Source of the DNA: the human T2T-CHM13v2.0 reference genome, Homo sapiens
NCBI RefSeq assembly: GCF_009914755.1
Contig: NC_060948.1
Reading direction: 5' to 3' (one strand)
DNA: 64,000 nucleotides
Shown: piece by piece, positions 58,412 through 64,000 of the stretch
How the letters are laid out: each line of letters begins with the position of its first letter
How positions within the stretch are numbered: position 1 is the stretch's first letter
Translations under genes and position numbers: made by a program
The notes under the pieces: model-generated
Told to the model about the DNA's origin: nothing
What the model saw: only the letters and a program-made list of their open reading frames with translations
The model's database searches: none

Positions 58412-60539
58412 AGATCCATATTTTTTAAATGAAAAAAAATTTCAAAGGTACTCTGCTTGGTACAATAATCAAATGTATAAACTGAGGAATAAAACATAAC
58501 CATGAAACCTACTTATAACTGCATATGGAAAATACAGAGGATAATTTTTTAAATAACATATTTTGAAAGCCTTAACTAGTAATTTGAAGAGTTGGCATTT
58601 GAAAGGCCAGTATGAATATACCTTCAAAGCAGCAACACAGGTTCCCCATGAGAAAAAGCAAACACAGGGAAAATAAAAACACAAAGGTTCAATCTCTTCT
58701 GACCTTTGAAAGACACAGCACAGACAGTGGTCCTTAGGACGAAGAGCAGGAGACCCCTAATTCCGTCACCATGGCGATAGGGCATAAACATTGCTGGGTG
58801 AGGGCACAATCCACATTGTGAGGTCCAACTGCTGCCAGGAAGACAGGAGTGTTTTTACATAGACCGAAAGGTCATTGAAGGCTCAGAGTTTTCTTTCAAG
58901 AACTGAATCCCAAGCCCACACGTTATTAGGCTGCGCTTCTTAAAACAAGTTATGAGATGGGAAAAAGGGCACCCACAAACATACGTATACATTATGTATA
59001 TAATAATATACAGTATCATATATATAATATATATAACCTATGTATAATATTGTTTTACATCCTGCATCTTATGTTATATATATTGTATAAAATATAATAG
59101 TTGATAATATATAAGTTTTATAATTATACAATATGACATATAGTATATATTATAATTTATGACATATATAATATATGTTATGTGTCATATATAGAATATA
59201 TTATACGGTTAATATACGTATTAAATATAAATTATACATTATATATATTATATATAATATATCTGTTATATATAATACCCATTATGCATAATATATATAT
59301 TATGTCTATGTTATATATAGTATAAAACAACATATAATAATATATAATTGTATATATAAAATGCGACATATAATATATATTATATTTTATAACATATGTA
59401 ATATATATTATATATTATATATAATATGTTGTATGTATAATACCTATATTAAATATATATTATATGACTATGTTATTAATTACATGTCACATGTGTTATA
59501 TATTATATATTTTACATAGAATATACCGGTTACATACAATATATACTATGTTACCTATAATGTATAATTTATTACATGTAAAATAAAGAATGCAATATAT
59601 TATGTAAAATTTATAATATACCATATGTGGAATGTGATATATATAACATATAATATATGATATATGATATACAGTATATGATATATAACATACAATATAT
59701 GATTCCTAATATATATGGTATACAATATATATTTTATGATATGTATTCTATATGTTTTATATTCTGTTATATATAACTATTTGAAATTATATATAACTGT
59801 ATAATATTTTATGTAAATATGTAATATAATATATATAACTATATAATATATTATATATAACTATATATTATGTTATATATACTTTTATAACATAATTTAC
59901 ATAAAATATCATAATATAATATATATTATATTATTTCATATTACATAATATATATTACATATCACCCAATATAACTAACATACATAATATTATAATATAG
60001 ATTATATTGTGTTATATTAAATATCATATATATCATGTATCATATATTCTATAATATATATTACACATTATATAATATGTATGTTGTCTATTATGTGATA
60101 TATATAACTATATATATAATTATATTTTTATACATATAACTAGATAAACATGTAATTCTACATATTTTCATTTATAATATGTATAATTATATAATCATAT
60201 ATAATTATTTATATTCTATAAAAAATTTTATCATTATATAAATTATAATATATAAAAATTATAATATGTACTACAAATATATATATTATATATCATATAT
60301 GATATAGTACTATTGTTATATTTCATAATACATATAAATGTGTATTATGTTATCTATAATTATATAATTTCATATATAAGATGTATAATATGTATCATAA
60401 ATTATATATGTTGTGTAATATATATAGTATATATAAGATGACACAGGATAAATATTATATACTATGACATATAAAATATATGAGGTTATATGTTACATAT
60501 AAGGCATAGCACATAACATGTAATATATATCATATATAA

Positions 60540-60831
60540 TTTTTTTTTAGACAGAATCTTGTCCTGTTGCACAGGGTGGGGTACAATGGCGCCATCTTTG
60601 CTGACTGCAAATTCTGCCTCACGGGTCCAAGCGATTGTCCTCCCTCAGCCTCCCAGGTAGCTGGGACTACACCACACTGGGACTACACCAGCTGCCACCA
60701 TGCCTAGCTAATTTTTTGGATTTTTAGTAGTGACAGCGTTTCACTGTATTGGCCAGGATGGTCTTGATCTCTTCACCTTGTGATCCCCTTGCCTTGGCCT
60801 CCAAATTTGCTGGGATTACAGGCCTGAGCCA
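60540..60831 (-). mobile_element. Diverged Alu, U26
   Basis: gctgactgcaaa variant. Confidence 0.95.
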
Positions 60832-62959
60832 AGATCCATATTTTGTTAATGAAAAAAAATTTCAAAGGTACTCTGCTTGGTACAATAATCAAATGTATAA
60901 ACTGAGGAATAAAACATAACCATGAAACCTACTTATAACTGCATATGGAAAATACAGAGGATAATTTTTTAAATAACATATTTTGAAAGCCTTAACTAGT
61001 AATTTGAAGAGTTGGCATTTGAAAGGCCAGTATGAATATACCTTCAAAGCAGCAACACAGGTTCCCCATGAGAAAAAGCAAACACAGGGAAAATAAAAAC
61101 ACAAAGGTTCAATCTCTTCTGACCTTTGAAAGACACAGCACAGACAGTGGTCCTTAGGACGAAGAGCAGGAGACCCCTAATTCCGTCACCATGGCGATAG
61201 GGCATAAACATTGCTGGGTGAGGGCACAATCCACATTGTGAGGTCCAACTGCTGCCAGGAAGACAGGAGTGCTTTTACATAGACCGAAAGGTCATTGAAG
61301 GCTCAGAGTTTTGTTTCAAGAACTGAATCCCAAGCCCACACGTTATTAGGCTGCGCTTCTTAAAACAAGTTATGAGATGGGAAAAAGGGCACCCACAAAC
61401 ATACGTATACATTATGTATATAATAATATACAGTATCATATATATAATATATATAACCTATGTATAATATTGTTTTACATCCTGCATCTAATGTTATATA
61501 TATTGTATAAAATATAATAATTGATAATATATAAGTTTTATAATTATACAATATGACATATAGTATATATTATAATTTATGACATATATAATATATGTTA
61601 TATGTCATATATAGAATATATTATACGGTTAATATACGTATTAAATATAAATTATACATTATATATATTATATATAATATATCTGTTATATATAATACCC
61701 ATTATGCATAATATATATATTATGTCTATGTTATATATAGCATAAAAAAACATATAATAATATATAATTGTATATATAAAATGCGACATATAATATATAT
61801 TATATTTTATTACATATGTAATATATATTATATATTATATATAATACGTTGTATGTATAATACCTATATTAAATATATATTATATGACTATGTTATTAAT
61901 TACATGTCACATGCGTTATATATTATATATTTTATATAGAATATACCGGTTACATACAATATATACTATGTTACCTATAATGTATAATTTATTACATGTA
62001 AAATAAAGAATGCAATATATTATGTAAAATTTATAATATACCATATGTGGAATGTGATACATATAACATATAATATATGATATATGATGTACAGTATATG
62101 ATATATAACATACAATATATGATTCCTAATATATATGGTATACAATATATATTTTATGATATGTATTCTATATGTTTTATATTCTGTTATATATAACTAT
62201 TTGAAATTATATATAACTGTATAATATTTTATGTAAATATGTAATATAATATATATAACTATAAAATATATTATATATAACTATATATTATGTTATATAT
62301 ACTTTTATAACATAATTTACATAAAATATCATAATATAATATATATTATATTATTTCATATTACATAATATATATTACATATCACCCAATATAACTAACA
62401 TACATAATATTATAATATAGATTATATTATGTTATATTAAATATCATATATATCATGTATCATATATTCTATAATATATATTACACCTTATATAATATAT
62501 ATGTTGTCTATTATGTGATATATATAACTATATATATAATTATATTTTTATACATATAACTAGACAAACATGTAATTCTACATATTTTCATTTATAATAT
62601 GTAGAATTATATAATCATATATAATTATTTATATTCTATAAAAAATTTTATCATTATATAAATTATAATATATAAAAATTATAATATGTACTACAAATAT
62701 ATATATTATATATCATATATGATATAGTACCTTTGTTATATATCATAATACATATAAATGTGTATTATGTTATCTATAATTATATAATTTCATATATAAG
62801 ATGTATAATATGTATCATATATTATATATGTTATGTAATATATATAGTATATATAAGATGACACAGGATAAATATTATATACTATGACATATAAAATATA
62901 TGAGGTTATATGTTACATATAAGGCATAGCACATAACATGTAATATATATCATATATAA

Positions 62960-63251
62960 TTTTTTTTTAGACAGAATCTTGTCCTGTTGCACAGGGTGGG
63001 GTACAATGGCGCCATCTTTGCTCACTGCAACTTCTGCCTCATGGGTCCAAGCGATTGTCCTCCCTCAGCCTCCCAGGTAGCTGGGACTACACCACACTGG
63101 GACTACACCAACTGCCACCATGCCTAGCTAATTATTTGGATTTTTAGTAGTGACAGCGTTTCACTGTATTGGCCAGGATGGTCTTGACCTCTTCACCTTC
63201 TGATCCCCTTGCCTTGGCCTCCAAATTTGCTGGGATTACAGGCCTGAGCCA
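62960..63251 (-). mobile_element. Diverged Alu, U27
   Basis: U19-type variants (ctcatggg, caccaactgcc, taattatttgg, ttgacctc). Confidence 0.95.
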
Positions 63252-64000
63252 AGATCCATATTTTTTAAATGAAAAAAAATTTCAAAGGTACTCTGCTTGG
63301 TACAATAATCAAATGTATAAACTGAGGAATAAAACATAACCATGAAACCTACTTATAACTGCATATGGAAAATACAGAGGATAATTTTTTAAATAACATA
63401 TTTTGAAAGCCTTAACTAGTAATTTGAAGAGCTGGCATTTGAAAGGCCAGTATGAATATACCTTCAAAGCAGCAACACAGGTTCCCCATGAGAAAAAGCA
63501 AACACAGGGAAAATAAAACCACAAAGGTTCAATCTCTTCTGACCTTTGAAAGACACAGCACAGACAGTGGTCCTTAGGACGAAGAGCAGGAGACCCCTAA
63601 TTCCGTCACCATGGCGATAGGGCATAAACATTGCTGGGTGAGGGCACAATCCACATTGTGAGGTCCAACTGCTGCCAGGAAGACAGGAGTGCTTTTACAT
63701 AGACCGAAAGGTCATTGAAGGCTCAGAGTTTTCTTTCAAGAACTGAATCCCAAGCCCACACGTTATTAGGCTGCGCTTCTTAAAACAAGTTATGAGATGG
63801 GAAAAAGGGCACCCACAAACATACGTATACATTATGTATATAATAATATACAGTATCATATATATAATATATATAACCTATGTATAATATTGTTTTACAT
63901 CCTGCATCTTATGTTATATATATTGTATAAAATATAATAATTGATAATATATAAGTTTTATAATTATACAATATGACATATAGTATATATTATAATTTAT

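Overview
The whole 64 kb window is one uninterrupted head-to-tail tandem array of a ~2420-bp unit: 26 complete periods plus a 1089-bp partial. Periods are counted from base 1 and called U1-U27; they start at 1, 2421, 4841, 7261, 9681, 12099, 14519, 16939, 19359, 21779, 24199, 26619, 29036, 31456, 33876, 36294, 38714, 41134, 43554, 45974, 48394, 50814, 53234, 55654, 58072, 60492 and 62912. Each unit has a diverged minus-strand Alu (unit pos ~49-340), a ~570-bp mixed-composition segment (HSATI-like, ~341-910) and ~1.55 kb of extremely AT-rich low-complexity DNA. This architecture, the unit length and a predicted 2146-bp HaeIII fragment match the human DYZ2/HSat1B satellite, most likely from Yq12 heterochromatin. 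No credible protein-coding genes, RNA genes, CRISPR arrays or DYZ1/HSat3 sequence are present, and the ORF track consists of repeat-derived spurious ORFs. I found no new gene system. The informative signal lies in the unit variants: a 10-unit (24,195 bp) higher-order tandem duplication, a nested 3-unit (7,260 bp) pattern, mosaic units and a more divergent unit pair. All variant calls were made by eye and need alignment to confirm.
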